This document shows positions 16,908 through 26,707 of a stretch of 27,824 nucleotides of DNA, in pieces. The translations under genes and the position numbers were made by a program. The DNA is from Archaeoglobaceae archaeon. Lineage in GTDB: Archaea > Halobacteriota > Archaeoglobi > Archaeoglobales > Archaeoglobaceae. The notes under the pieces are model-generated. The model was not told the origin of the DNA and did not search any database. It was given only the letters and a program-made list of their open reading frames with translations. Every line of letters begins with the position of its first letter. Within the stretch, counting starts at the first letter, position 1. Location of the stretch: contig JAWAQR010000018.1 in the NCBI GenBank assembly GCA_038893835.1, positions 1 to 27,824 on the forward strand, given 5' to 3'.

Positions 16908-17918
16908 ATGGAACCTTTGATAATCATTGCCATTCTTGCATCCTTTTATGTTGCTTGGAACATCGGAGCCAACGATGCAGCAAATTCCATGGCAACTTCA
17001 TATGGTAGCAGAGCTTTGTCTTTGAAGCAAATCATAATCCTATGCTCAATTTTAGAATTTCTTGGAGCATTTCTTTTTGGTAAAAACGTTGTAAAAACAA
17101 TAGCCAAGGGAATAGTTCCAATAGAAGTTCTAGATCCGCATCTTGTAGTTTATGGCATGGTAGCTGCATTGTTTTCGGCTGGTATTTGGATAACGATTGC
17201 AACGTATCTTCATTTACCCATTTCAACAACCCACTCCATAGTTGGCGCAGTTCTAGGTTTCGGGATAGCAGCAGCATCTCAGGGGCATATTACGATAGAT
17301 TCAATAAAATGGTTGGAAATATATAAAATAATGTTAAGTTGGTTGATCTCGCCGATATTTGGGGCAATTCTCGCTTTCACACTTTTCTCCGTTATAAAAT
17401 TTCTCTTCATCCGGCGTTATGGGGCTAAAGTTGAAAGAGTTTTCCGTTATCTTCAAATCTTTACAGCCTGCTATGTCGCCTTTGCCCATGGGAGTAATGA
17501 TGTTGCGAATGCAGTCGCCCCTTTGGCCCCTATATTGGGTCATAAATTGTATGGATACTACGAGATACCAAGGGAAATTTTGATCCTTGGGGGAATGGGA
17601 ATAGCTTTTGGTGTCATGACTTGGGGATATAGGGTTATAAAGATGGTTGGAGAGAACATAACCGAATTGACTTTCACCCGCGGTTTTTCAGCAGAATTTG
17701 CTACAGCCACTACTGTCATTTCAGCATCTGCTTTAGGTTTACCAATTTCAACGACACACACACTTGTTGGCAGCGTTATAGGAGTTGGATTGGCTGGAGG
17801 ATTGGCGAGCATAAATTTAAGTGTTGTACAAAAGATTATATTTTCTTGGATTCTAACACTACCGATCGCCATGCTGCTTTCAATAGGCATGTATACACTT
17901 ATGGTGGTATTCTTATGA
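16908..17918 (+). CDS. PiT-family inorganic phosphate transporter
   Basis: Signature motifs IGANDAANS and HGSNDVANA; PISTTH twice. Start at ATG 16908. Confidence 0.94.
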   Translation: MEPLIIIAILASFYVAWNIGANDAANSMATSYGSRALSLKQIIILCSILEFLGAFLFGKNVVKTIAKGIVPIEVLDPHLVVYGMVAALFSAGIWITIATYLHLPISTTHSIVGAVLGFGIAAASQGHITIDSIKWLEIYKIMLSWLISPIFGAILAFTLFSVIKFLFIRRYGAKVERVFRYLQIFTACYVAFAHGSNDVANAVAPLAPILGHKLYGYYEIPREILILGGMGIAFGVMTWGYRVIKMVGENITELTFTRGFSAEFATATTVISASALGLPISTTHTLVGSVIGVGLAGGLASINLSVVQKIIFSWILTLPIAMLLSIGMYTLMVVFL

Positions 17919-18595
17919 AGTTCTTCAGATCGGTTACGGAGATCTTTGGATATTCTCCATTTAAGCGTCTGATAGAGCATGCAGTTCTTTGTGGAAGAGC
18001 AGTTGGCCTTCTCCAAAAGCAGTTTGAAGCTTATAGAAAAGGGGATTTTCATCTGGTCGAAAAATTGAGGGACGAAATCGACAATTTGGAGAGCATTGCA
18101 GATGATATCAAGGAAGAAATAAGGACAAAGGTCACAAAATCTCTTATCTTACCCGTTGACAGGCACGACTTGCTGGAGTTCTTAAAAGTTCAGGATGATA
18201 TAATAAACAATTGCGAACATGTTGGACACATGTTGACTTTTAGAAAGGTTAAGATAGAAGAAAAAATATTTTTTGAATTCGATGTCCTCTTATCAAAGAT
18301 CATGGAATGCATAAATGAATATGAGCACATGATCACACATGTTAGTAATTTGCTCGAAACATCCTTCGATAAAAAGGAGATAGAAAAAGTTGCGGAGCAT
18401 GCTAAAGAAGTGGAAAGACTTGAGCATGAATGTGATGAGATACAGATAGGTCTTCACACGATAATTTTAAACTCCGAAAACCTTCATCCACTCGATATTC
18501 ACATAATGGAAGCTTGGGTCGTCCATCTGGGCTATATAGCCAACTCTACTGCGAGAGCGGCGGACAGGTTTAGGATGATGATATATGGAAGGTGA
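17915..18595 (+). CDS. DUF47/TIGR00153 PhoU-like phosphate transport regulator
   Basis: SPF..L.EH, LE..AD.IK..IR, PVDR.DLL...QD.I, LEHECD and IAN....AADR; ATGA overlap with the PiT stop. Confidence 0.9.
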   Translation: MKFFRSVTEIFGYSPFKRLIEHAVLCGRAVGLLQKQFEAYRKGDFHLVEKLRDEIDNLESIADDIKEEIRTKVTKSLILPVDRHDLLEFLKVQDDIINNCEHVGHMLTFRKVKIEEKIFFEFDVLLSKIMECINEYEHMITHVSNLLETSFDKKEIEKVAEHAKEVERLEHECDEIQIGLHTIILNSENLHPLDIHIMEAWVVHLGYIANSTARAADRFRMMIYGR

Positions 18596-18740
18596 AGTTA
18601 CCTGAAGCTTCAATGTTTGTTGAGATGCTTCCGAAACCAGATTTTAGATATATCTTGCATGTGGTTAGCCTATTTTAGAGTTTAAAATTTTTGAGGATTG
18701 GAGGGAAATGGTTAAATTCTATTCGCTAAGCAAAAAAAGC

Positions 18741-18914
18741 ATGAGGAGGTCGTTGCTGGACATCCTTGCATGTCCGAAGTGTAAGTCTGATCTCGAACTC
18801 GAGGTTTTGGAGCAAGAAAACGATGAGATTATCACTGGAAAGCTAATTTGCAGGAAATGCGAGACTTCTTATCCAATTGAGGATGGAATTCCAAATCTTC
18901 TCCCGCAGCTATGA
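18741..18914 (+). CDS. trm112: Trm112-family methyltransferase activator (Zn ribbon)
   Basis: [12 protein letters not shown]...G.L.C.KC...[12 protein letters not shown]; 57 aa from ATG 18741. Confidence 0.88.
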   Translation: MRRSLLDILACPKCKSDLELEVLEQENDEIITGKLICRKCETSYPIEDGIPNLLPQL

Positions 18915-20497
18915 AGTACATCGTTGTCACTGGAGGAGTGATGAGTGGACTTGGTAAGGGAATAACAGCGGCTTCAATAGGCAGACTTCTCGTCGATCTC
19001 GGTTACAGGGTTATCCCGATCAAGATAGATCCCTACATAAACATAGATGCCGGAACAATGAATCCTTTCCAACATGGAGAAGTCTTTGTTTTGAAAGATG
19101 GTACCGAAGTCGATCTCGATCTTGGGCATTATGAAAGATTCATAGGAATAGAATTGACTGGAGAACACAATATAACTACGGGTAAAATTTATAAGAGAGT
19201 TATTGAAAAAGAGCGTAGAGGGGAATATCTTGGTCAGACCGTTCAAATAATCCCCCATGTGACTGACGAAATAAAATCGTGGATAAGAGAAGTTGCTAGA
19301 AAAAATAACGCTGAAATCTGTCTAATCGAAGTCGGAGGAACTGTTGGAGACATAGAAAGCATGCCTTTCCTTGAAGCTATAAGACAGATCAGGATGGAGG
19401 AAAAGAAAGAGGATTTTCTTCTAGTCCACGTTACTCTTGTCCCCCTAGATGCTGGAGGGGAGCAGAAAACGAAGCCTACACAACACAGTGTAAAGGAATT
19501 GAGAGAACTTGGACTATACCCAGACATAATTGTCGGAAGATGCAAAGAAAAGCTTAAAGAGTCAACAAAGAAGAAGATAGCATTGTTTTGTGACGTTGAA
19601 ATTGAAGCGGTGATAAGCAACGAGGACTGCGATATATATGAGGTTCCGATCAAGTTCAAAGAAGAAAAGCTCGATGTAGTAATAATGGAGAAATTGAAAC
19701 TCGAAAGGAGAAAGAGTAGCGATGAGTGGGAAAGCTTTGTAAAGAGGATGAGGGAATTAAAGGAAGAAGTTAATATTGCGATCGTCGGTAAATATGTGGA
19801 TGTCAAAGATGCCTATTTAAGCATAAGAGAGGCTTTAAAGCATGCTGGAATAAGCTTGGGCTGCAGAGTGAACTGTATCTGGATCGATGCGGAAAGGTTG
19901 GAAAAGGAGGATGTAAATCTCGATTACGATGGCATTTTGATTCCAGGTGGCTTTGGAAAGAGAGGGGCAGAGGGAAAGATAAGGGCAATAAACTATGCAA
20001 GGACTAGAAACATCCCGTTTCTTGGCATTTGTTTTGGTTTCCAGCTTTCAGTAGTTGAATTTGCAAGAAATGTCTGCGGGTTAAATGCGAACAGTGCTGA
20101 AATTGATAGATCTGGTCATTGCGTCATAGATCTCTTGCCTGAGCAGAGAGATGTGAAAGAGCTCGGTGGAACGATGAGACTTGGAGAAATAGAAATAATT
20201 TTAAAGCCGAGAACTTTAGCTTACAGTCTTTATGGAAAAGAAAGGATTTATGAAAGACATAGGCATAGATATGAAGTGAATCCAGATTACATTTCCTTAT
20301 TGGAAAGCAAAGGCCTCGTTTTCAGTGGATACTCAGATGGTGGGAGAAGGATGGAAGTTTTGGAAATTCCAAATCATCGCTTCTTCCTCGCAACTCAGTT
20401 CCATCCAGAATTCAAATCCCGTCCTCTCTCTCCATCTCCAGTTTTTGTCGGATTTGTAAGGAGTGCCCTTGAATACAGTAAGGAGAAAAAGGCTTAA
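18911..20497 (+). CDS. pyrG: CTP synthase
   Basis: [45 protein letters not shown]; glutaminase GICFGFQ, RHRHRYE and QFHPE. Confidence 0.98.
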   Translation: MKYIVVTGGVMSGLGKGITAASIGRLLVDLGYRVIPIKIDPYINIDAGTMNPFQHGEVFVLKDGTEVDLDLGHYERFIGIELTGEHNITTGKIYKRVIEKERRGEYLGQTVQIIPHVTDEIKSWIREVARKNNAEICLIEVGGTVGDIESMPFLEAIRQIRMEEKKEDFLLVHVTLVPLDAGGEQKTKPTQHSVKELRELGLYPDIIVGRCKEKLKESTKKKIALFCDVEIEAVISNEDCDIYEVPIKFKEEKLDVVIMEKLKLERRKSSDEWESFVKRMRELKEEVNIAIVGKYVDVKDAYLSIREALKHAGISLGCRVNCIWIDAERLEKEDVNLDYDGILIPGGFGKRGAEGKIRAINYARTRNIPFLGICFGFQLSVVEFARNVCGLNANSAEIDRSGHCVIDLLPEQRDVKELGGTMRLGEIEIILKPRTLAYSLYGKERIYERHRHRYEVNPDYISLLESKGLVFSGYSDGGRRMEVLEIPNHRFFLATQFHPEFKSRPLSPSPVFVGFVRSALEYSKEKKA

Positions 20498-20501
20498 TTG
20501 A

Positions 20502-20525
20502 TAATAAGAAACGAAAATTTTTTAT
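20502..20525 (+). promoter_or_regulatory. Conserved promoter/operator element, copy 1 (TAATAAGAAA-cgaaaa-TTTTTTAT)
   Basis: 20/24 identical to 21719-21742; ends 23 nt before ATG 20549; includes a BRE/TATA-like portion. Confidence 0.65.
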
Positions 20526-20548
20526 GTTTTAAATGAAAAGAAGATCTT

Positions 20549-21280
20549 ATGAAAATCCTGATCTGCGGAAAAGGAGGGAGTGGGAAGAGTGTAATCGCAA
20601 CATTGTTGGCAAAGGGGCTCGCAAAGCGGAACTTTAGAGTCTTATTGCTCGATGCAGATGAATCTAATCATAGTTTGGCTAGAAACTTTGGAGTATCAGA
20701 GATCAAACAGCTTATAGAATTTCTTGGTGGTAAAAAAGATGTCAGAGATAGACTTTTGAGGTTTATACAAAGTGGTGGGAAAGAAAAGGCGAAACTATTT
20801 GATGAGATTTCTCTTAAGGAAATTCCAAAAGATTTGGTGATTGAAAAAGATGGAGTAATTTTACTCGCAACCGGAAAAATTCAAGATTTTGGCGAAGGAT
20901 GCGCCTGTCCAATGGGATTTGTAACAAAAGAATTTCTTGGAGCTTTAAAGCTAGAAAATGGCGATTTTGTTGTAGTAGATGCTGAAGCTGGTGTTGAGCA
21001 TTTTGGGAGGGGAATTGAAGCCAATTGCGATCTCATCTTAATCGTAATTGAGCCCAGCTACGATTCCCTGAAACTTGCGGAGAAAATAAAGGATATGTGT
21101 AAGCCTATAGGAAAAAAGGTGATTGTCGTTGCAAATAAGTTCGATGATGAGTATAGAAATCTTTTAAAGGCTGACGTATTCATTCCATTCAAAAAAGAGA
21201 TCTTTGAAGCATGTTTGCATGGAAGGGAGATTCCTTTGATTGAAGAGGCAGGAGAGTTGGTCGATGCAGTTCTACGTTAA
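20549..21280 (+). CDS. CooC-like nickel-insertion ATPase (MinD/SIMIBI family)
   Basis: Deviant Walker A GKGGSGKS, DADES, CxC metal motif GEGCACPM and D.EAG.EHFGRG. Confidence 0.88.
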   Translation: MKILICGKGGSGKSVIATLLAKGLAKRNFRVLLLDADESNHSLARNFGVSEIKQLIEFLGGKKDVRDRLLRFIQSGGKEKAKLFDEISLKEIPKDLVIEKDGVILLATGKIQDFGEGCACPMGFVTKEFLGALKLENGDFVVVDAEAGVEHFGRGIEANCDLILIVIEPSYDSLKLAEKIKDMCKPIGKKVIVVANKFDDEYRNLLKADVFIPFKKEIFEACLHGREIPLIEEAGELVDAVLR

Positions 21281-21695
21281 GCCAATAGGGATCATAAGAT
21301 CACCCTACAAGACCTTGGAAGAGGCACCGCATCAGGGTAGATTTTCAAACGAAATCTTTGAAATTCATGTTTTTGAAGAATATTCTGAAGGTTTGAAAGA
21401 TTTGGAAACCTGTTCTCACCTAATAGTGCTTTACTGGCTCCATTTGGCGGATAGAAACAAGTTGATCGCAATTCCTCCTCATGATAGAAAGGAACACGGT
21501 GTTTTTGCAACTCGCTCTCCTCATAGGCCAAATCCTATCGGTTTTGCAGTCGTGGAGCTTTTGGAGAGAAAAGGTAATGTTTTGAAAGTTAGATGGCTAG
21601 ATGCAATCGATGGAACACCTGTTTTGGACATAAAACCGTATTCAAAGGAGCTGGACTGTGTTGAAAATGCGAAGATTGGTTGGTTTAAAAATTAA
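21264..21695 (+). CDS. TsaA/TrmO/YaeB-family SAM-binding protein
   Basis: KPIG.IRSPY....APHQG, HLIVLYWLH, GVFATRSPHRPNPIG and LDAIDGTPVLDIKPY. Start ATG 21264 overlaps the CooC-like gene end. Confidence 0.92.
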   Translation: MQFYVKPIGIIRSPYKTLEEAPHQGRFSNEIFEIHVFEEYSEGLKDLETCSHLIVLYWLHLADRNKLIAIPPHDRKEHGVFATRSPHRPNPIGFAVVELLERKGNVLKVRWLDAIDGTPVLDIKPYSKELDCVENAKIGWFKN

Positions 21696-21718
21696 TCGAT
21701 CTTTTTGTTGTTAAGTAG

Positions 21719-21742
21719 TAATAAGAAAGATAAGTTTTTTAT
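21719..21742 (+). promoter_or_regulatory. Conserved promoter/operator element, copy 2 (TAATAAGAAA-gataag-TTTTTTAT)
   Basis: Same spacing as copy 1; extends to GTAATA-N15-TTATAC (21718-21744), an imperfect dyad. Confidence 0.65.
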
Positions 21743-21763
21743 ACTCAAAGTTCTAAGTTTTTT

Positions 21764-21919
21764 GTGAATCGTAAAAATGATTTAAACATGAGGAATTTGG
21801 ACGTAATACACGTGCATACGAGTTACGATAAACCGTTTTTCATTTCTGGGAACGAATTTACGATCCTGAGCTTGTTGCAGTTGTTTACTATTCATGAACT
21901 TCTGGAGGTGGGAGGATGA
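21764..21919 (+). CDS. Putative 51-aa upstream ORF / leader peptide (43 aa if ATG 21788 is used)
   Basis: Open frame (V/M)NRKNDLNMRNLDVIHVHTSYDKPFFISGNEFTILSLLQLFTIHELLEVGG*. GTG lies 21 nt after the TATA-like element and TGA overlaps the ATG of the binding protein (ATGA). No homology recognised. Confidence 0.35.
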   Translation: MNRKNDLNMRNLDVIHVHTSYDKPFFISGNEFTILSLLQLFTIHELLEVGG

Positions 21920-23016
21920 GAAAAATCGCAATTCTTTTTATTTTTCTGACAATTTTGGCCTTTTCAGGCTGTGTTCAGCAGAGTGAGATGGGAAAGGAAA
22001 TGGAGAAAGTGAAAGTAAAGGATCTAGCGGGAAGAGAAGTTGAGGTGCCGAAAAAGGTTGAAAAAATCGTCGCAATTGGCCCTGGTGCTTTAAGGCTAGT
22101 TGTTTATCTACAAGCTACTGATAAAGTTGTAGGGGTTGAAGATGCGGAAAAGCGCTGGGAAACTTATACCCGTCCATATAGATTAGCAAATCCAGGACTT
22201 GCTGAGCTACCAACAATAGGTGTTGGTGGCCCTGATGATCCGAAACCGAATGTTGAGGAGATCATGAAGCTAAAACCGGACGTAATATTTGCAGTTGTCA
22301 GCGCGCAGTATGCTGAAAACTTGCAAGAAAAAACAGGAATTCCGGTTGTTGTTATAAATTACGGAACTCTTGGAAATTTCAGAACGAGGGAACTCTTCGA
22401 TTCTATAAGGTTGATGGGAAAAATCCTTGGAAAGGATAAAAGAGCTGAGGAGATAATCACGTACATAGAAAATGTTGTCAACGATCTCAACAAAAGAACT
22501 GCGAATGCCGAAAAGCCTGCAAAAGTTTATGTTGGTGGATTGGGATTCAAAGGACAGCACGGAATAGTATCTACAACCTGCAGATTCCCGCCCTTTGAAG
22601 TTAACAACATATTCAACGAGAACATAGCCTGCAAAGTAAACACGACTGCGCACATCTTCATAGACAAGGAATTTCTCATTACAGAGCAGCCTGAGATAAT
22701 TTTCCTAGACCTTGGTAATCTGCACTTAATTAAGGCTGATTATTCAAAAGATAAGACTTTTTACAGCTCACTGAAAGCTTTTAACGATGGGAAGGTTTAT
22801 GGAATTTATTCTTTCAACTTCTACAATACGAACATAGAACAGGCCCTTGTTAACAGCTATTGGGTTGGAAAAGTACTTTATCCAGAGAAATTCGCGGACT
22901 TGAACATTAGAGATAAAGCAAATGAGATCTACGAATTCTTCGTAGGTAAAAAGCTATACGATGAGATCGCTTCAAAGTATGGAGAGCTGGGGAGAATAGA
23001 TGTCAGTAGCTGGTGA
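21916..23016 (+). CDS. ABC substrate-binding lipoprotein, Fe-chelate/cobalamin (FecB/BtuF class III) family
   Basis: Signal peptide with lipobox FSGC, D.AGR.V.VP..V.KIV, VVGVE, N.E.I..LKPDVI, A...G.VY and LYPEKF; SD GGAGGTG(G) upstream. Confidence 0.92.
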   Translation: MRKIAILFIFLTILAFSGCVQQSEMGKEMEKVKVKDLAGREVEVPKKVEKIVAIGPGALRLVVYLQATDKVVGVEDAEKRWETYTRPYRLANPGLAELPTIGVGGPDDPKPNVEEIMKLKPDVIFAVVSAQYAENLQEKTGIPVVVINYGTLGNFRTRELFDSIRLMGKILGKDKRAEEIITYIENVVNDLNKRTANAEKPAKVYVGGLGFKGQHGIVSTTCRFPPFEVNNIFNENIACKVNTTAHIFIDKEFLITEQPEIIFLDLGNLHLIKADYSKDKTFYSSLKAFNDGKVYGIYSFNFYNTNIEQALVNSYWVGKVLYPEKFADLNIRDKANEIYEFFVGKKLYDEIASKYGELGRIDVSSW

Positions 23017-24040
23017 TTACAGACGTGTCATTTGGAAAAGGACCTATTTTACAATTTTTTCACTTTTATCCCTTCTACTCCTTTCCCTAGTTTCTCTAAG
23101 CCTAGGCTCCTACAGAATTTCTATTTTTGAATTGATAAACGAGATCTTTAATGGAAACCAAGTTCTTTGGAACGTTCGAATACCGAGAATCTTTGCGGCA
23201 ATCTTCGTCGGTTCAAGTCTCGCAATTGCTGGGGCTGTTATGCAATGTATCCTCAGAAATCCACTTGCATCTCCCTTTACACTCGGAATCTCTCAAGGTG
23301 CGGCATTTGGAGCTGCAGTTGCAATAGTCTTTTTTGGCCTAGGACAGTTGCACAGAGTTGGCGAATCTTTGACAATCTTCAATCCTTATTTAGTCCCAAT
23401 TTTTGCCTTTCTTGGCTCTTTGATCAGTGCTTTCGTAATTCTACTCCTTTCTAAGCTTCGCGATTTGACTCCTGAGGCGATTATTTTAGCAGGAGTTGCA
23501 ATGTCTGCATTATTTCAGGCAGGAGTTATGCTTATACAGTATTTCGCAACCGACGTTCAAGTTGCTTCGATCGTTTTCTGGACTTTCGGCGATGTTGGTA
23601 GGGCTAGATGGATCGAAATCTACATGATCATTGCAACTTTCTTTGCCAGCTTTCTTTACTTTTTCTACCGTCGTTGGGATTACAACGCCTTACTTTCTGG
23701 GGATGAAGTTGCAATATCACTCGGAGTTAATCCAAAGAAGATAAGGCTTGAGGGAATGTTCGTGTCTTCTTTTCTAACTGCTGTGTGCGTTTCTTTTACA
23801 GGTATAATCGGCTTCATTGGCCTTGTCGCTCCGCACGTGGTTAGACTTGCGATTGGGGGAGATTACAGGTTTCTAATACCTGCCAGTTCTATACTTGGAG
23901 CTTTGATTCTTCTGGCATCTGATACGGTAGGTAGAACGATTATATCTCCGATCATAATCCCTGTCGGTATCATTACGTCCCTTTTAGGGGCGCCGATGTT
24001 CATATACTTGCTCCTGAGGAGTAAATATGCTCGAAGTTGA
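23000..24040 (+). CDS. FecCD/BtuC-family ABC permease
   Basis: R.PRI..A..VG..LA.AG..MQ..LRNPLASPFTLG.S.GA, G...A.SLG, GIIGFIGLVAPH, D..GR and PVGIITSLLGAP.F. Confidence 0.94.
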   Translation: MSVAGDYRRVIWKRTYFTIFSLLSLLLLSLVSLSLGSYRISIFELINEIFNGNQVLWNVRIPRIFAAIFVGSSLAIAGAVMQCILRNPLASPFTLGISQGAAFGAAVAIVFFGLGQLHRVGESLTIFNPYLVPIFAFLGSLISAFVILLLSKLRDLTPEAIILAGVAMSALFQAGVMLIQYFATDVQVASIVFWTFGDVGRARWIEIYMIIATFFASFLYFFYRRWDYNALLSGDEVAISLGVNPKKIRLEGMFVSSFLTAVCVSFTGIIGFIGLVAPHVVRLAIGGDYRFLIPASSILGALILLASDTVGRTIISPIIIPVGIITSLLGAPMFIYLLLRSKYARS

Positions 24041-24776
24041 AAAATTGAGCTACAAATATGGAAATAGAGAAGTATTAGAAAACATAGCCTTTTCTGTAAA
24101 GAAAGGAGAAATGCTATTCATTCTTGGCCCGAATGGCAGTGGAAAGACGACATTGTTGAAGTGTCTTAACAGAATTTTAAAACCCAATGGGGCAGTTTAC
24201 ATCGAAAAAGTAGATTTGAGAAAAATTCCACAAGCTGAAATTGCAAAGATATTTGGTTACGTTCCACAAAGGGGAGAGATAAACTCTTTAACTGTGTTTG
24301 ATGCGATTTTGCTCGGTAGAAGGCCATATATAAAGTGGAATGTGAGTGATAGGGATATCGAAGTAGTCGAGGAAACAATAAAAATGCTTAAAATCGAACA
24401 TCTGGCTCTAAAAAGACTTAATGAGCTGAGCGGGGGTGAATTGCAGCTTGTATTGATAGCTAGAGCATTTGCACAAGAGCCAAAATTTCTTTTACTTGAT
24501 GAGCCGACGAACAATTTGGATATAAGGAACCAGATTGAAGTTATGAGACTTGTGAAGAAGGCTGTAAAGGAGAGGGAGATTTCTGCAATTGTAACTATGC
24601 ACGATTTGAACCTCGCTTTGAACTATGCTGAAAAGGTCCTCTTACTCAAAAATGGTAAAATCTTCGCCTTTGGAGGTAAGGAAGTTGTGAACGAGGAAAC
24701 GATTAGAGAAGTGTATGGAATAAAGGCTGAGATTATTAAGCTTGATGGTAAGATGATAATAATTCCTGAAATGTAA
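24027..24776 (+). CDS. FecE/BtuD-family ABC ATP-binding subunit
   Basis: GPNGSGKTT, YVPQ, LSGGELQ, LLLDEPT.NLD and MHDLNLA. Confidence 0.94.
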   Translation: MLEVEKLSYKYGNREVLENIAFSVKKGEMLFILGPNGSGKTTLLKCLNRILKPNGAVYIEKVDLRKIPQAEIAKIFGYVPQRGEINSLTVFDAILLGRRPYIKWNVSDRDIEVVEETIKMLKIEHLALKRLNELSGGELQLVLIARAFAQEPKFLLLDEPTNNLDIRNQIEVMRLVKKAVKEREISAIVTMHDLNLALNYAEKVLLLKNGKIFAFGGKEVVNEETIREVYGIKAEIIKLDGKMIIIPEM

Positions 24777-24807
24777 AAGCTTTAAAAAGCGATCTGCATT
24801 TCCGAAT

Positions 24808-25383
24808 GTGATATACCTTGGCGGTGAAGCGGAAGTGAGGATAGGGGAAGTTGTTGTAAAGAAAAGAAAACCGAAAAGATATAGAATAAAGGAGATAGAT
24901 GAAATTTTGAGGCTGAGGAGAACAAGAACTGAGGCTAAGCTAATTTCTCTTGCAAGAAGGTATGGTGTGCCCACTCCAATAATTCTGGATGTTGAAGGAG
25001 ATACAATAGTCATGGAAAGGATCTACGGAACTCCAGTTAAAGAATGCATGAATGAGGAAATAAGTAGAGAAATTGGTAGACTTGTCGCAAAGTTGCACTC
25101 TGCAAACATAATCCATGGCGATATAACGCCGATGAACATGATCCTTAGCGAGGGAAAAATATACTTCCTCGACTTCGGCTTGGCTTTTATAGACAACAGA
25201 GTTGAAGCAAAAGGTGTGGATGTGCATGTTTACTTGGAATCGCTTAAGGCTGGTTTTGAAAACTGGGAAAGTCTTAAAAAAGCATTTATTGAGGGATATC
25301 TCGAAATTGGAAAAGAGGAAGTGATAAAAAGAGCCGAAGAAATTGAGGAGAGGGGAAGATATGTTGAAAGGAGGCTAAAGTGA
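24808..25383 (+). CDS. bud32: KEOPS complex kinase/ATPase Bud32 (stand-alone)
   Basis: GGEAEV, K.R.PK.YR...D..LR..RT..EAK, GVPTP, HGD.T..N, DFGLA, E.KGVD.HV and C-terminal RGRY. Confidence 0.93.
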   Translation: MIYLGGEAEVRIGEVVVKKRKPKRYRIKEIDEILRLRRTRTEAKLISLARRYGVPTPIILDVEGDTIVMERIYGTPVKECMNEEISREIGRLVAKLHSANIIHGDITPMNMILSEGKIYFLDFGLAFIDNRVEAKGVDVHVYLESLKAGFENWESLKKAFIEGYLEIGKEEVIKRAEEIEERGRYVERRLK

Positions 25384-26121
25384 TCTCTTCATATTCTCAA
25401 GATATTCTATTATCCCATCTATAGCCTCTGCTAGCACCTTTTTATTATCATAATTTCTCAATATTTCTTTAAGTTCCTCTTCTTTCAAATTCTTCATTTC
25501 CTTTGCGAGTTCTACCATCTTTGGAATTGCTCTTGTCACATTGTCTACTATCGTTATGTCTGCCATCCTTGCAGTTCTGGAAAGTGGATTTAGATCGATT
25601 GCCACAACTTTCTTTCCATGTCTTTTCAAAACCTCACATCTGTCTCCATCTTCCAATGGGACAAGAACGACGTCAGCAATTAAAATACCCCTGCTATCCA
25701 CTATTCTCCTTGCAGAGCTTAGACCTTTTAACTCAGCATCTCCAGCGCATAGGGCATTTATTCCAAAACTAGATAAAAATTCAGCTATCCTAGCAACCCT
25801 TTCCTTGCTGTAGTGAAAGACGTTTATTTCTACTTTGGCATTTAAAACTTCAGCCAACTTCTTTATCTCTTTTGGAACTAAAACAGCTGTATTTCCATTT
25901 ACGCTTATCACAGGATGCCTTGCTAGCAACATCATTGCAACTGCAGCTTTTTCAGCTTTTAAAGCGAACTCACGAGTCCTTTCTCCTAAAATGTAGTCAA
26001 AAGCCTCCCCCCTTCCATGTGCTATCAATCCCTGAATCGCTGTAACCCCCATCTTTACACCTTCGACCAGTTTTTCTCTAATCATGAGAGACTCGTATCT
26101 GGGATGATCCTTTGGAATCAT
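25375..26121 (-). CDS. 4-phosphopantoate--beta-alanine ligase (phosphopantothenate synthetase)
   Basis: [44 protein letters not shown] and IDLNPLSRTA. Start ATG 26121. Confidence 0.95.
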   Translation of the reverse strand: MIPKDHPRYESLMIREKLVEGVKMGVTAIQGLIAHGRGEAFDYILGERTREFALKAEKAAVAMMLLARHPVISVNGNTAVLVPKEIKKLAEVLNAKVEINVFHYSKERVARIAEFLSSFGINALCAGDAELKGLSSARRIVDSRGILIADVVLVPLEDGDRCEVLKRHGKKVVAIDLNPLSRTARMADITIVDNVTRAIPKMVELAKEMKNLKEEELKEILRNYDNKKVLAEAIDGIIEYLENMKRSL

Positions 26122-26707
26122 TTTTATCCCCAAGAAATTCAGCCAACTCCTTTAGGGAATGAAAGATGTAGTCGGCATGAGGTTTAAAGATTTCGACCAT
26201 GCTATAATTTTTACTATGAACTATAAGCGCAGTCTTCGCTCCAGCTTTCTTTCCAGCGAGTAAGTCAAAAAGAAAATCTCCAACAACTAGAGTTTCATCG
26301 CCTTTAACCCCAAATCTTTCGATGACGATTTTTATAGGCTCCTCAGATGGTTTTGGTTTCGCATCTTCTCTGGAGATTATAAAGTCGAACTTCAGTCCAA
26401 ACTTATTTGCGACTATTTCAACGCTTCTTCTACTATTTCTCGTAACAATTCCGTGAATTATTCCAGATCTGCGAAGAAAATCTAGTAATTCCTTTGCGTA
26501 GAAAGCTAGCTTGGAACTCTTTGCAGACTCTATTTCGAACTCTTCTAGGATTTGAAGCATCTCTCTCCTTTTTCTTTCATCGGTCTCTTCCATTATTCTT
26601 TCTAAGATGAACCTATTCTTAATTCCAAGTCTCGCCCTGATCAGATCGAAGGGTATGTTGAACTCCACGATCGTCCCATCAAGGTCAAATACTATGAGCC
26701 TGAACAT
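26078..26707 (-). CDS. HAD-superfamily hydrolase (phosphoglycolate phosphatase-like)
   Basis: Motif I FDLDGT, motif II VTRN, motif III KP and motif IV GD...D...G..AG. Confidence 0.9.
   Translation of the reverse strand: MFRLIVFDLDGTIVEFNIPFDLIRARLGIKNRFILERIMEETDERKRREMLQILEEFEIESAKSSKLAFYAKELLDFLRRSGIIHGIVTRNSRRSVEIVANKFGLKFDFIISREDAKPKPSEEPIKIVIERFGVKGDETLVVGDFLFDLLAGKKAGAKTALIVHSKNYSMVEIFKPHADYIFHSLKELAEFLGDKNDSKGSSQIRVSHD

Noticed and set aside
18575-18605. Possible C/D box sRNA (ATGATGA ... GTGA ... CTGA) at the DUF47 gene end
   Set aside because: Only about 31 nt with no C' box or second guide; ATGATGA is explained by Met-Met codons.
21764-21919. uORF as a NikR fragment (HVH ... LEV resemblance)
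   Set aside because: The spacing does not match the NikR HxHx5C-LEV motif, there is no Cys and no ribbon-helix-helix domain; kept only as an HxH peptide.
21264-25383. t6A-modification cluster (TsaA plus Bud32)
   Set aside because: They are separated by the ABC importer, bud32 has its own TATA-like element near 24781-24788, and no kae1/sua5/cgi121 is present; probably coincidental.
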